Assembly: GCA_943332855.1 (NCBI GenBank)
Contig: CALQRA010000003.1
Coordinates: 1-56,106, forward strand
Reading direction: 5' to 3'
DNA: 56,106 nt
Source: Candidatus Kuenenia stuttgartensis
GTDB taxonomy: Bacteria > Planctomycetota > Planctomycetia > Pirellulales > UBA1268
The notes beneath the pieces were generated by a model. The model saw only the letters and a program-made list of their open reading frames with translations, did no database searches and was not told the DNA's origin. Shown here piece by piece: positions 1-8,310 of this stretch (positions are counted from its first letter, which is position 1; each line of letters opens with the position of its first letter). The translations under genes and the position numbers were made by a program.

Positions 1-1659
1 CTCGGTGGCGTCGTCGGCACGGCCGTCGGACCGGCGTGGGCGCGGCTCCTCCTCGGGGCGCTCTCGTCGTCGTGGAACGCCTCGGTCGCGGCCGGGTCGA
101 GCTCGGCGTTCGGGGATGGGGCGATCCGCTGGGCGAGCCTCTGGCCCGGCGCCGTGGCCGGCTTTCTCCTCTCGATGGCGGCCATCGCGACAGCGGCGCG
201 GCGCGCGGCCCGGCAACCACCGCTCGCGCTCCTCCGGGGCGAGGGAGACCTGGCCGGTGCTGATCGGCCCCGCGCCGGGCGCCGGGCGATCGTGGTGGCG
301 GTCCTGGCGCTGGTCGGGGCGCTGGCCGTCGCGGCCGTGGCGGGGAAGTTTGAGGCCCAGGCGGCGGTGGGGATGTTTTTTCTCTCAGGTGTCCTGGCCT
401 TGGTAGGGCTGCTGGCGCTTGTCCGCCTTCTCCTCGCCCGTGGCCCGACGCGACGGGCCGGGCTGCGGTCGCTCGTTGGGCTGGCGTGGCGCGGGCTCGC
501 TCATCGTCCGTCGAGGGCGTTCTCGATCGCGGCGATCGTCGCGGTGGCGGAGTTTCTCATCGTGGCAGTGTCGGCGTTTTCGCTCAGCCCCCCCACCCGT
601 CCGCGGGAACGGTCCGGCCCGACCGGCGGCTGGACCGCGATCGCCACCTTCGCCGCCCCGACGAGCGTCGATCCGACCGATCCGCTCGTCGCCGCCGATC
701 TCGGGCTCTCCGATGCCGCCCGGCAGACGCTCGCCGGCGTCACGCTCGAACCGATCCGTGCCAGCGCCGGTGACGATGCCAGTTGCACGAATCTCTACGC
801 CCCGGCCCGGCCGATCGTCCTTGGCGTCGGCCCCCGCTTCGTCGGCCGCGGCGGCTTCCGGTTCACCGGCCACGCTCCCCTCCCCCGCTCGACCGACGCC
901 AATCCCTGGCAGCTCCTCGGTCGGAGGGGAGACGGGCCGATCCCGGCGATCCTCGACGACGCTACGGCGCGCTGGGCCCTCAAGCTCGGGGGCGTCGGTG
1001 CCCGCTTCACGCTCCCTGACGACGAAGGAACGCCGGTCCCCTATGAAATCGTCGGGCTCCTCGAACCGGGGATCCTCCAGGGCTGGGTGATCGTTGCCGA
1101 AGCGGATTTCCAGTCCGTCTTCCCGAGCCGTTCGGGGGCTGCGATGGCGCTGGTCGACGCCGGCGATCAGCCGCCGGCCGACGTCGATCGGGCTGTCCGC
1201 AGGCTGTGGGTCGACGCCGGCGTCACCCTGCAGCCGACCCTCGAACGGCTGCGGAGCCTGTCGGCTGTGCAAAACACCTTCCTCGCTGCCTTCCAGGCGC
1301 TCGGCACCCTGGGGCTCCTCCTGGGGACCGCCGGCGTCGCCGCCGCGCAGGTCCAGGGGGTGCTCGAGCGGATCGGCACGTTCGGCCTTCTCGGCGCGAT
1401 CGGTTTCCCACCGGGCCGGCTGCGGGCCATCGTTCTCCTCGAGACCTGCTTCATGGTCGGTCTGGGGCTGGCGGCCGGCGCCCTGGCCGGCACGGCGACC
1501 CTCCCGGCCCATGTCGCCGGCGGGCGGGCCGAAGTCCCCCTCGTCTGGATCGCCGCCACCTGTGGCCTCACGCTCCTGGTGGCGCTCCTGGCCGGGCTCG
1601 TCGCCACGCGCGCCGTGGCGCGCTTGTCCCCGCGCGATGCCCTCGCCGCCCGTGGCTGA
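1..1659 (+). CDS. ABC transporter permease, FtsX-like (5'-partial; frame open from base 1)
   Basis: Frame of ORF 154..1659 is open back to base 1. Multiple hydrophobic TM segments, a large extracytoplasmic loop and an FtsX-type C-terminus (LSAVQNTFLAAFQALGTLGLLLGTAG...ERIGTFGLLGAIGF). Confidence 0.8.
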   Translation, partial: LGGVVGTAVGPAWARLLLGALSSSWNASVAAGSSSAFGDGAIRWASLWPGAVAGFLLSMAAIATAARRAARQPPLALLRGEGDLAGADRPRAGRRAIVVAVLALVGALAVAAVAGKFEAQAAVGMFFLSGVLALVGLLALVRLLLARGPTRRAGLRSLVGLAWRGLAHRPSRAFSIAAIVAVAEFLIVAVSAFSLSPPTRPRERSGPTGGWTAIATFAAPTSVDPTDPLVAADLGLSDAARQTLAGVTLEPIRASAGDDASCTNLYAPARPIVLGVGPRFVGRGGFRFTGHAPLPRSTDANPWQLLGRRGDGPIPAILDDATARWALKLGGVGARFTLPDDEGTPVPYEIVGLLEPGILQGWVIVAEADFQSVFPSRSGAAMALVDAGDQPPADVDRAVRRLWVDAGVTLQPTLERLRSLSAVQNTFLAAFQALGTLGLLLGTAGVAAAQVQGVLERIGTFGLLGAIGFPPGRLRAIVLLETCFMVGLGLAAGALAGTATLPAHVAGGRAEVPLVWIAATCGLTLLVALLAGLVATRAVARLSPRDALAARG

Positions 1660-1738
1660 CGGCGAACCGCTGCGGCGGTCGCTCGGGGGGGCGAATTGCC
1701 TTTGAACGGGGGCCGGGCCACCGGGTAGGGTACCGGCC

Positions 1739-2830
1739 ATGGACATTCTCGTGATCCTCCCCCGCTGGGTCGGCGACCTCGTCATGACGACGCCGATGCT
1801 CCGCGCCCTGCGCGGTCATGTCGGCCCCGGCGCTCGGATCACGGGTGTCGTGAAGCCGCACTTCGCCGAGATTCTCGCCGGCACCGACTGGCTCGACGAC
1901 ATCGTCCCCTACGATCGCCGGGGCCGCTCCCCGGCCGTCCGTTTCCCGGGCGTCGTCCGCACCCTCCGGGCGCGCCGCTTCGACACGGCGCTGGTCGTGC
2001 CCAACTCCCTCTCGACAGCGACCCTGGCCTGGGCGGCTGGGGCCCGGCGGCGCGTCGGATTTGCCGGCCATTGGCGCCGCCTCCTCCTCACCGACGTCCT
2101 CCCGCCGCCGCGCCGCGCCGGCCGGATCGACATCCAATCGCCGACCCGCTCCGCGATGGCGATCGCCGAACGGATCGGCGTGCCGGCTGGCTCGCTCAAG
2201 CCGGAGTTGGCAACGAGCCCTGCCGACGAGCTCCTCGCAAGCGACGTCCTCGCCCGGCTCTTCCCCGGCGCCCCCTCTGGGCCGCTGGCTGTCTTCAATG
2301 ACAACGGCGCCTTCGGACCGTCAAAGAGCTGGGGAGCGGAGAAGTTTGCGGCGCTGGCGCGCCTCCTCCTGGAGAAGCACCCCGGGGCTCGGGTCGTGAT
2401 CCACTGCGGCCCAGGCGATCGCGACGAGGCGCGAAGGATCGTGGCCGGCGCGGCCCACCCTTCCGTGGCGAGCCTTGCCGACGAGCCGGCGCTCCCCTTT
2501 GGACTCGCGAAGGCCCTCATCCGCCGGGCCGACGTGGTCGTCTCCACCGACAGCGGCCCGCGCCACTTTGCCGCCGCCTTCAATACGCCCACCGTCGTCA
2601 TCCATGGCCCGATGGACATTCGCCTGGGTTGGTCTGATCACCCCAATCTCGAGGAGATGCGCCTCGATCTCCCCTGTTCCCCGTGCGGGAAGCGTGTCTG
2701 CCCGCTCGGCCACCACGATTGCATGCGGCTCCTGACCGTCGACGCGGTGGGGGGTATGATGCTTTCGCTCCTCGACCGGCACGCAGGCCGATCGATCGGG
2801 GCAGCCGACGCCGGCCACCGAGTTGCCTGA
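1739..2830 (+). CDS. Glycosyltransferase family 9, LPS heptosyltransferase II (WaaF/RfaF)-like
   Basis: N-terminal 'ILVILPRWVGDLVMTTPMLRALR', 'VVSTDSGPRHFAAAFNTPTVVIHGP', and C-terminal CSPC..RVCPLGHHDCM typical of GT9. Confidence 0.88.
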   Translation: MDILVILPRWVGDLVMTTPMLRALRGHVGPGARITGVVKPHFAEILAGTDWLDDIVPYDRRGRSPAVRFPGVVRTLRARRFDTALVVPNSLSTATLAWAAGARRRVGFAGHWRRLLLTDVLPPPRRAGRIDIQSPTRSAMAIAERIGVPAGSLKPELATSPADELLASDVLARLFPGAPSGPLAVFNDNGAFGPSKSWGAEKFAALARLLLEKHPGARVVIHCGPGDRDEARRIVAGAAHPSVASLADEPALPFGLAKALIRRADVVVSTDSGPRHFAAAFNTPTVVIHGPMDIRLGWSDHPNLEEMRLDLPCSPCGKRVCPLGHHDCMRLLTVDAVGGMMLSLLDRHAGRSIGAADAGHRVA

Positions 2831-2898
2831 CGTCGCCATCCGCCGCGGCACCAGCCGTTGCCCGTTCCCGTTCCCTCTTGCCCGTCCGGAGACCTCTG

Positions 2899-3996
2899 AT
2901 GCTGCAGTTCGTGAGCATGCTGGCCGCGATCGCCCTGACCGCCTTCTGTTGGGGGGTCTACGGACCGGTGCTCCACATCGGCAGCGGCCAACTCGGCTCC
3001 GCCCTGCGCGCGTTCATGTGTGTTGGCATGGCCTACTTCGGGATCGCGATCGTCGTCCCCCTGGCGATCCTCTGGAAAACGGGCGAGAAGGGATCGTGGA
3101 CGAAGACTGGGGTCCTGTGGAGCCTCCTGGCCGGCGCGGCTGGCGCCCTCGGGGCCCTCGGCGTGATCCTCGCCGTGCGCGTGTTCGGTGGGCAGCCGAT
3201 CTACGTCATGCCGCTGGTCTTCGGTGGCGCCCCGGTCGTCAACACGCTCCTCAATGCGACCATGACGAAGTCGTTCGGGCAGCTCAAAGCACCGTTCCTG
3301 GCTGGGCTGATCCTCGTCATCACCGGTGCCGCCACCGTGCTGATCTTCAAGCCGGTCGCCCCCCACTCCGCTCCGAAGGCTGTCGCCACGGCGACCGCTG
3401 CCGACACGGCCGTTGCCGACGCGTCGACCGCTGAGAAGCCCGCCGCTCACACGCTCGTGCCGAAGGTCGAGCAGCGCGCCGAAAAGTTTTTGGGCGTCCT
3501 CCTCGCCGCGGCGATGGCGATGCTCAGCTGGGGCGCTTACGGGCCGGTCCTCCACAAGGGGCAGACAGCGATGGGGGGGAGCCGGCTGCGGCCGCTGATC
3601 TGCATCGGCGTCTCCTACTTCCTGATCGCCGTCCTCGTGCCGCTGGGGCTCCTCGGGCCAACCGGCGACAAGGGGACGTGGGACACCACCGGGCTGCTCT
3701 GGAGCCTCGGTGCCGGCTCGCTCGGCGCCCTTGGCGCCCTCGGTACGATCCTCGCCTTCGCCAATGGCGGCAAGCCGTTCACCGTCATGCCGGTGGTCTT
3801 CGGGTGCGCTCCGGTGATCAACACCTTCACGACCCTCGCCCTGGCAGAGACCGCCCCAGAAACAGTCCGGCCGATCTTCCTGGCCGGGCTCATGGTTGTG
3901 GCGGCCGGTGCCGCGACCGTCCTCGCCTTCGGCCCCCGCGGCCATGCCCCGGGCAAGCCCCACGGCCCGGCAGGCGGTGCCCCGGCGGCGACGTGA
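2899..3996 (+). CDS. Polytopic membrane protein with two homologous halves (DMT/EamA-like)
   Basis: Start taken at ATG 2899 (MLQFVSML) within ORF 2683..3996. The motifs WG.YGPVLH.G and GALGALG.ILA...GG.P..VMP.VFG.APV.NT each occur twice. Confidence 0.7.
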   Translation: MLQFVSMLAAIALTAFCWGVYGPVLHIGSGQLGSALRAFMCVGMAYFGIAIVVPLAILWKTGEKGSWTKTGVLWSLLAGAAGALGALGVILAVRVFGGQPIYVMPLVFGGAPVVNTLLNATMTKSFGQLKAPFLAGLILVITGAATVLIFKPVAPHSAPKAVATATAADTAVADASTAEKPAAHTLVPKVEQRAEKFLGVLLAAAMAMLSWGAYGPVLHKGQTAMGGSRLRPLICIGVSYFLIAVLVPLGLLGPTGDKGTWDTTGLLWSLGAGSLGALGALGTILAFANGGKPFTVMPVVFGCAPVINTFTTLALAETAPETVRPIFLAGLMVVAAGAATVLAFGPRGHAPGKPHGPAGGAPAAT

Positions 3997-4083
3997 GACC
4001 GTTTCGTTTGGGGGGTGAGTAGGCTTGAAGCATCAAGCGGCGGCGGGCCGGGCATATCGGCCCGATCTGACGGAGGGAGTCCA

Positions 4084-4701
4084 ATGGTCACCATGCCTGG
4101 CGAACTGCTCACGCGGCACCGTTTGACCGTGGACCACTACCATCGGATGGTCGAGTCGGGCATTCTCGGGCCCGACGACCGGGTGGAACTCGTCAGCGGG
4201 GAGGTCCTCGATAGGTCGCCGATCGGCAGCCTCCACGCGGCGATCGTGCGGGCGCTTGCTCGATGGATGGCAGCGAGTGTGGGAGACCGGGCGATCGTTT
4301 CGGTGCAGAATCCAGTCTTCCTCGATGACGCGAGTGAGCCCCAGCCCGATATCGCGATTCTAGCGCCGCGCGTCGACTGCTACGCCGCAGCTCATCCCGG
4401 TCCGGGCGATGTGTTGTTGGTGGTCGAGGTCGCTGAAACGAGCTTGGCTTACGACTTGGGAGTCAAAGTGCCTCTCTACGCCCGGCACGGGATCGCGGAG
4501 GTGTGGGTGATCGATGCCGCCACCCGCACCACGCACCGCTTCCGTCGCCCGGCGCCCGCGGGATACCTCGACCGCGATCAGATTCCCCCCGCCGGTCTGC
4601 TGCAATGGGATGCGATGTCGACCGAAGCGACGAGTCTCACGTCGCTCCTACCGTGGTTGCCCGCCGGTGGTGCAGGACGCGAACCAGGGGCCAGCCGCTG
4701 A
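4084..4701 (+). CDS. Uma2/DUF820 family restriction-endonuclease-like protein
   Basis: 'LTVDHYHRMVESGIL..DDRVELVSGEV', 'SEPQPDIAIL', 'VLLVVEVAETSLAYDLGVKVPLYARHGIAEVWVID'. GGAGGGAG RBS precedes ATG 4084. Confidence 0.9.
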   Translation: MVTMPGELLTRHRLTVDHYHRMVESGILGPDDRVELVSGEVLDRSPIGSLHAAIVRALARWMAASVGDRAIVSVQNPVFLDDASEPQPDIAILAPRVDCYAAAHPGPGDVLLVVEVAETSLAYDLGVKVPLYARHGIAEVWVIDAATRTTHRFRRPAPAGYLDRDQIPPAGLLQWDAMSTEATSLTSLLPWLPAGGAGREPGASR

Positions 4702-4780
4702 AGGTGGGCAGATCCACTTTCCTGGCCCCCTTTCTGTCGCTCAATTGAAGAGCCATAAACACGGGAATGCGCCGCCCCAG

Positions 4781-5069
4781 ATGAAGACGACCGTCGATCT
4801 CCCTGATGACTTGTTCATCGCCGCCAAGCAAAGGGCGGCTGAACTACGACAGCCCCTGCGGGCACTCATCGAGCGTGGACTCCGGGCCGAACTTGGTCGC
4901 TCGACTGTCGCGGCGGGCAGGGCGAAGCCCGTCGCCATCCGTTGGGTGACCGTTCCCGGCGGACTTCCTGCCGGCGTCGATCTGTCGGATCGGTCTGCCA
5001 TGCACGATTGGCCTGCGGAGCCGCGCCTGGCCTGGAGGGCTCGGCGCCGGCCGAGCAAGCGACTCCTGA
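4781..5069 (+). pseudogene. Ribbon-helix-helix (VapB/DUF2191-like) antitoxin with an apparent +1 frameshift near 5012; no cognate toxin
   Basis: MKTTVDLPDDLFIAAKQRAAELRQPLRALIERGLRAEL... is a CopG/RHH antitoxin-type start. The frame has no stop until 5773 (running antisense through queE). Dropping one C at 5012 gives ...MHDWLRSR... and a TGA at 5067-5069. Confidence 0.6.
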
Positions 5070-5070
5070 G

Positions 5071-5790
5071 TCACGTGCCGCGGCGGTTGCCATACCAGGC
5101 GATGTGGTGGCGGGGGGCGAGGCGGAGCCCTTCGCTGGCACAGGCCGCAGCGAGCCAGGCGGTCGTTGCTTGCAGGGCTGTCGGGGCGGTTCCCTGCGGC
5201 ATCACAAACACCCTTCCCCGTGGCAGCCGCCCCGGGCCGAGGGCGGCTTCGAGATCGTCGAGCCAGGCGAGCACCTCGTCGAGATCGGCCCGCGACCCGA
5301 CGACAAACTTCAGCTGCCAGCGCGGCGCGCGGAGCATCGCCACGAGGATGTCGTCGCGGCGCCGAGCCGCGGCGTGGCGGGCGTGCCAGCCGCCGGGCGT
5401 GTCGGGCGGAGGGGCAGAGGAGGCGAGCTTGGGGCTGATCGAGAGGAGATCGGCGAGGGTCTCAGCGCCGGCCGCTGGCGGCAGGATCGTCCCGGCCGTC
5501 TCGATCGTCAGGTGTCGCCCCCCCTCCCTCAAGCTCGCGCAGAGATCGGCTGCATCGGCGGGCAAGAGTGGCTCGCCGCCGGTGAGGACGACGTGGGGGA
5601 GATCGAGGGCGGCGACGGCCGTGCGGACACGCTCGATCGACCATTCTTCCCCCACCGGCTTCCAGGAGGTGAAGGGGGTGTCGCACCAGTGGCAGCGGAG
5701 ATTGCAGCCGCTGGTTCGCACGAAGGTGCTCGGCGTGCCGGCGAGCAGCCCTTCTCCCTGCAGCGAGGCGTAGAGCTCGGCGATCCGCAC
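5071..5790 (-). CDS. queE: 7-carboxy-7-deazaguanine synthase (radical SAM)
   Basis: 'IAELYASLQGEG...TFVRTSGCNLRCHWCDT', 'VVLTGGEPLL', 'HLTIETAGT', 'SISPKL'; next to queC. Confidence 0.93.
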   Translation of the reverse strand: MRIAELYASLQGEGLLAGTPSTFVRTSGCNLRCHWCDTPFTSWKPVGEEWSIERVRTAVAALDLPHVVLTGGEPLLPADAADLCASLREGGRHLTIETAGTILPPAAGAETLADLLSISPKLASSAPPPDTPGGWHARHAAARRRDDILVAMLRAPRWQLKFVVGSRADLDEVLAWLDDLEAALGPGRLPRGRVFVMPQGTAPTALQATTAWLAAACASEGLRLAPRHHIAWYGNRRGT

Positions 5791-5798
5791 GTGGTCGG

Positions 5799-6536
5799 TC
5801 AGCTCCCCGAGACGCGCGGATCGTCGATGCCCACAGCCGCGAAGCCGGCGGCGCGGAGCCGGCAGGAATCGCAGTGGCCGCAGGGGCGGCCTGACGCGTC
5901 AGGGTCGTAGCAGCTCGTCGTCAGCCCCTGATCGAGGCCGAGCTCGACACCCAAGGCGACGATCTCGGCCTTCGTGAGGTCGACCAGCGGCGCCACGATC
6001 TCGGGGGCATGCCCCTCGACCCCCGCCTTTGTGGCGAGCGTCGCGAGGTGCCGAAAGGCGTCGAGGAACTCGGGGCGGCAGTCAGGATAGCCGCTGTAAT
6101 CGATGGCGTTGACGCCGACGCCGATCGCCGTCGCGCCGCGGGCCTCGGCGAGGGCCAGGGCGAGGGCGAGAAAGACGGTGTTGCGGGCCGGGACGTAGGT
6201 CGTGGGAATCTCGGCCGCCAGGGCTTCGTCGGGGCGGTCGCGGGGAACGGGGATCGCGGCATCGGTCAGGGCGCTGCCGCCGAAGGCCGCCAGGTCGACC
6301 CGGAGCACGACATGGTCAGTCAGGCCGAGGTGGGAGGCGAGGGCCTTTGCGGCGTCGAGCTCGCAGCGGTGGCGCTGGCCGTAATCGATCGACAGCCCGA
6401 TCACCGCAAAGCCCCGCGCCCGGGCCCAGGCGGCCACCGTCGCCGAATCGAGCCCTCCCGAGAGGAGGACCACCATCGTTCCCCGGGATCTGTTCGGGGG
6501 GGAGGGCAGGACCGCTTTCGGAAGCGGCGCGTTCAT
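5799..6536 (-). CDS. queC: 7-cyano-7-deazaguanine synthase
   Basis: '[12 protein letters not shown]', 'DYGQRH', '[11 protein letters not shown]', '[12 protein letters not shown]', 'TTSCY...CGHCDSC'. Start is ATG 6536 or 6476, not the ORF-track 7109. Confidence 0.95.
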   Translation of the reverse strand: MNAPLPKAVLPSPPNRSRGTMVVLLSGGLDSATVAAWARARGFAVIGLSIDYGQRHRCELDAAKALASHLGLTDHVVLRVDLAAFGGSALTDAAIPVPRDRPDEALAAEIPTTYVPARNTVFLALALALAEARGATAIGVGVNAIDYSGYPDCRPEFLDAFRHLATLATKAGVEGHAPEIVAPLVDLTKAEIVALGVELGLDQGLTTSCYDPDASGRPCGHCDSCRLRAAGFAAVGIDDPRVSGS

Positions 6537-6551
6537 GGCACACTCTCTTCT

Positions 6552-6944
6552 ATGACAACACCCATCCACGCCTCGCCTTCCCGCTCGCAACTTGAGGTCT
6601 TCGAAAACCGCTTCCCGGGTCGCGACTACCTCATCGAGATCATCTGTCCGGAGTTCACGTCGGTCTGCCCGAAGACGGGGCAGCCAGACTTCGGCACGCT
6701 CACCTTCCGCTACATCCCCGACAAGGTGTGCGTGGAGCTCAAGAGTTTGAAAGTGTATCTCCAGGCCTTCCGCAACGAAGGGATCTTCTACGAGAACGTC
6801 ACCAACTGCATCCTCGACGACCTCGTGGCGGTCGTCGCACCGCGGCGGATGACCCTCGTGGCCCACTTCACGCCCCGCGGGGGGATCTCGTCGCGGATCG
6901 TCGTCTCGCATCCCTCCGGGGCCGATCTCCCCCCGTCCGTCTGA
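6552..6944 (+). CDS. queF: preQ1 synthase (NADPH-dependent 7-cyano-7-deazaguanine reductase, type 1)
   Basis: '[16 protein letters not shown]', '[24 protein letters not shown]', 'FTPRGGI'; ATG at 6552. Confidence 0.95.
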   Translation: MTTPIHASPSRSQLEVFENRFPGRDYLIEIICPEFTSVCPKTGQPDFGTLTFRYIPDKVCVELKSLKVYLQAFRNEGIFYENVTNCILDDLVAVVAPRRMTLVAHFTPRGGISSRIVVSHPSGADLPPSV

Positions 6945-7029
6945 CGCCAGCGGGCTCGGCCCGGGCGCTGTGGCCGACTTCCCTTTGACAGGCTTCCTCG
7001 ATCGCCCCCCTCCCCCGGGAATCCCCGCC

Positions 7030-8046
7030 ATGGCCCAAGCCTGCCCCGTTCTCCTCTCGGCCCTCGCCGACGAATCGGCCTTCGAACTGACGGCCGTCGA
7101 GCAGTTCACGGCGCTCTCGGCGATAGGACTTGAGTATTACTCCCTCCGGTTCATCGACGTCGGCAAGGGGGTGAAGAACGTCATGAAGCTGACGATGACG
7201 GAGATCCAGAAGATCCGGCACCTCGAGGATCGCTACGGGCTCAATGTCGCCTCGATCGCCTCGCCGATCGGCAAGATCAAGCTCGACGACGTCGACGACG
7301 GCACGAAGAACGCCTACGTCCCGTTCAAGACGTACCTCGCCAAGGATGTCGCCCGGGCCTGCGAACTGGCCCATGCCTTCGAGACAAAACTGATCCGCGG
7401 GTTCTCGTTCTATCCTCCCAAGGGGGCGCGGCCCGAGGAGTATCTGGAAGAGGCCGTCGACCGGATCGGCCGGATCGCCGAGGCCTGTCACCGCTCCGAC
7501 CTCACCTTCGGCCTCGAGGTCGAGGCGAATCTCGTCGGCCGCGACGGCCACCTCCTCGCCGAGATCCACCGCCGGGTCAATCACCCCGGCCTCGTCCTCG
7601 TCTTTGATGCCGCCAATCTCGTTGTCCAGGGCTTCTCCACCGCGGAGATCTTCAAGCAGTGGGAAGCGATGAAGCCGGGCCTCGGCTGGGTGCACATCAA
7701 GGATTATCGCAAGGTGGCCGGCAGCACTCGCGGCCGGCATGTCGACGAAGGGGGGCTGTTGAACTTCGTTCCCGCCGACCGCGGGGTCGGGGGCCACGAC
7801 CGGATCCTCGCCGATCTCAAGTCGTTCCTCCCCGCCCTCACCAAGCGACTCGATCGCCGGGGCATCCCCGGAGTGTTTCTCGATCTCGAGCCCCATGTCC
7901 GTGGCGGCGGGCAGTTCGGTGGCACGAGCGGGCCGGACGGAATGGGGATCGCCCTGCGCGGCCTGTGCCGCGTCCTCGACACAGTCAAGATCGCCTACCA
8001 CCTCCGCGACTTCGACGATCTCCTGGCTGTCCGCGGTCCTACCTGA
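7030..8046 (+). CDS. Sugar-phosphate isomerase/epimerase, xylose-isomerase-like TIM barrel (AP_endonuc_2 type)
   Basis: 'LSALADE', 'ASIASPIGK', '[10 protein letters not shown]', 'FGLEVE.NL', 'FDAANL', 'VHIKD', 'DLEPH' metal-ligand pattern. Start 7030 (or GTG 6970). Confidence 0.78.
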   Translation: MAQACPVLLSALADESAFELTAVEQFTALSAIGLEYYSLRFIDVGKGVKNVMKLTMTEIQKIRHLEDRYGLNVASIASPIGKIKLDDVDDGTKNAYVPFKTYLAKDVARACELAHAFETKLIRGFSFYPPKGARPEEYLEEAVDRIGRIAEACHRSDLTFGLEVEANLVGRDGHLLAEIHRRVNHPGLVLVFDAANLVVQGFSTAEIFKQWEAMKPGLGWVHIKDYRKVAGSTRGRHVDEGGLLNFVPADRGVGGHDRILADLKSFLPALTKRLDRRGIPGVFLDLEPHVRGGGQFGGTSGPDGMGIALRGLCRVLDTVKIAYHLRDFDDLLAVRGPT

Positions 8047-8063
8047 CGCTCCTCACGGTCCAT

Positions 8064-8089
8064 GGAAAAGTCATCCATGACCTTTTTCC
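8064..8089. repeat. REP-like hairpin with CATCCATG core (copy 1)
   Basis: ggaaaa-GTCAT-cc-ATGAC-ct-ttttcc, 18 nt after the stop at 8046. Confidence 0.6.
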
Positions 8090-8090
8090 G

Positions 8091-8208
8091 CTTGCTTCAA
8101 CTTGCTTCTACTCGCTTCCACTCGCTTCCACTCGCTTCCACTCGCTTCCACTCGCTTCCACTCGCTTCCACTCGCTTCCACTCGCTTCCACTCGCTTCCA
8201 CTCGCTTC
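8091..8208. repeat. 10-bp tandem repeat (CTCGCTTCCA)
   Basis: 9 exact copies at 8111-8200 plus degenerate units at 8091, 8101 and 8201; intergenic. Confidence 0.97.
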
Positions 8209-8310
8209 GGCTTGTGACGCCCCCAGAAAAGCCAAGGTTTTCGGGGGGTGGTCGGCCGCCGCATCGAGCGGCAGACATGTTGTTCACCGCCTGCTAGGGG
8301 CCATCCATCG

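Noticed and set aside
5061-5073. GACTCCTGAGTCA resembling the AGTCAGG heptamer
   Set aside because: Only about one unit; explained by two convergent TGA codons in a short dyad.
4514-5773. 419-aa ORF as a genuine long protein
   Set aside because: Only the ~77-aa antitoxin-like segment looks protein-like; the rest is antisense to queE.
6477-6551. preQ1 riboswitch ahead of the que genes
   Set aside because: No recognisable aptamer or A-rich tail, and almost no leader space.
5071-6944. queCEF as a 7-deazaguanine DNA-modification (dpd) defence island
   Set aside because: No dpdA/tgt-like or other dpd genes in the window, and queF points to tRNA queuosine synthesis.
8091-8208. Tandem arrays (also 23264, 39541, 55888) as CRISPR arrays
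   Set aside because: The units are contiguous with no unique spacers, are too short, and no cas genes are present.
8299-8310. GCCATCCATCG as a sixth hairpin copy
   Set aside because: The right arm does not pair; at best a degenerate remnant.
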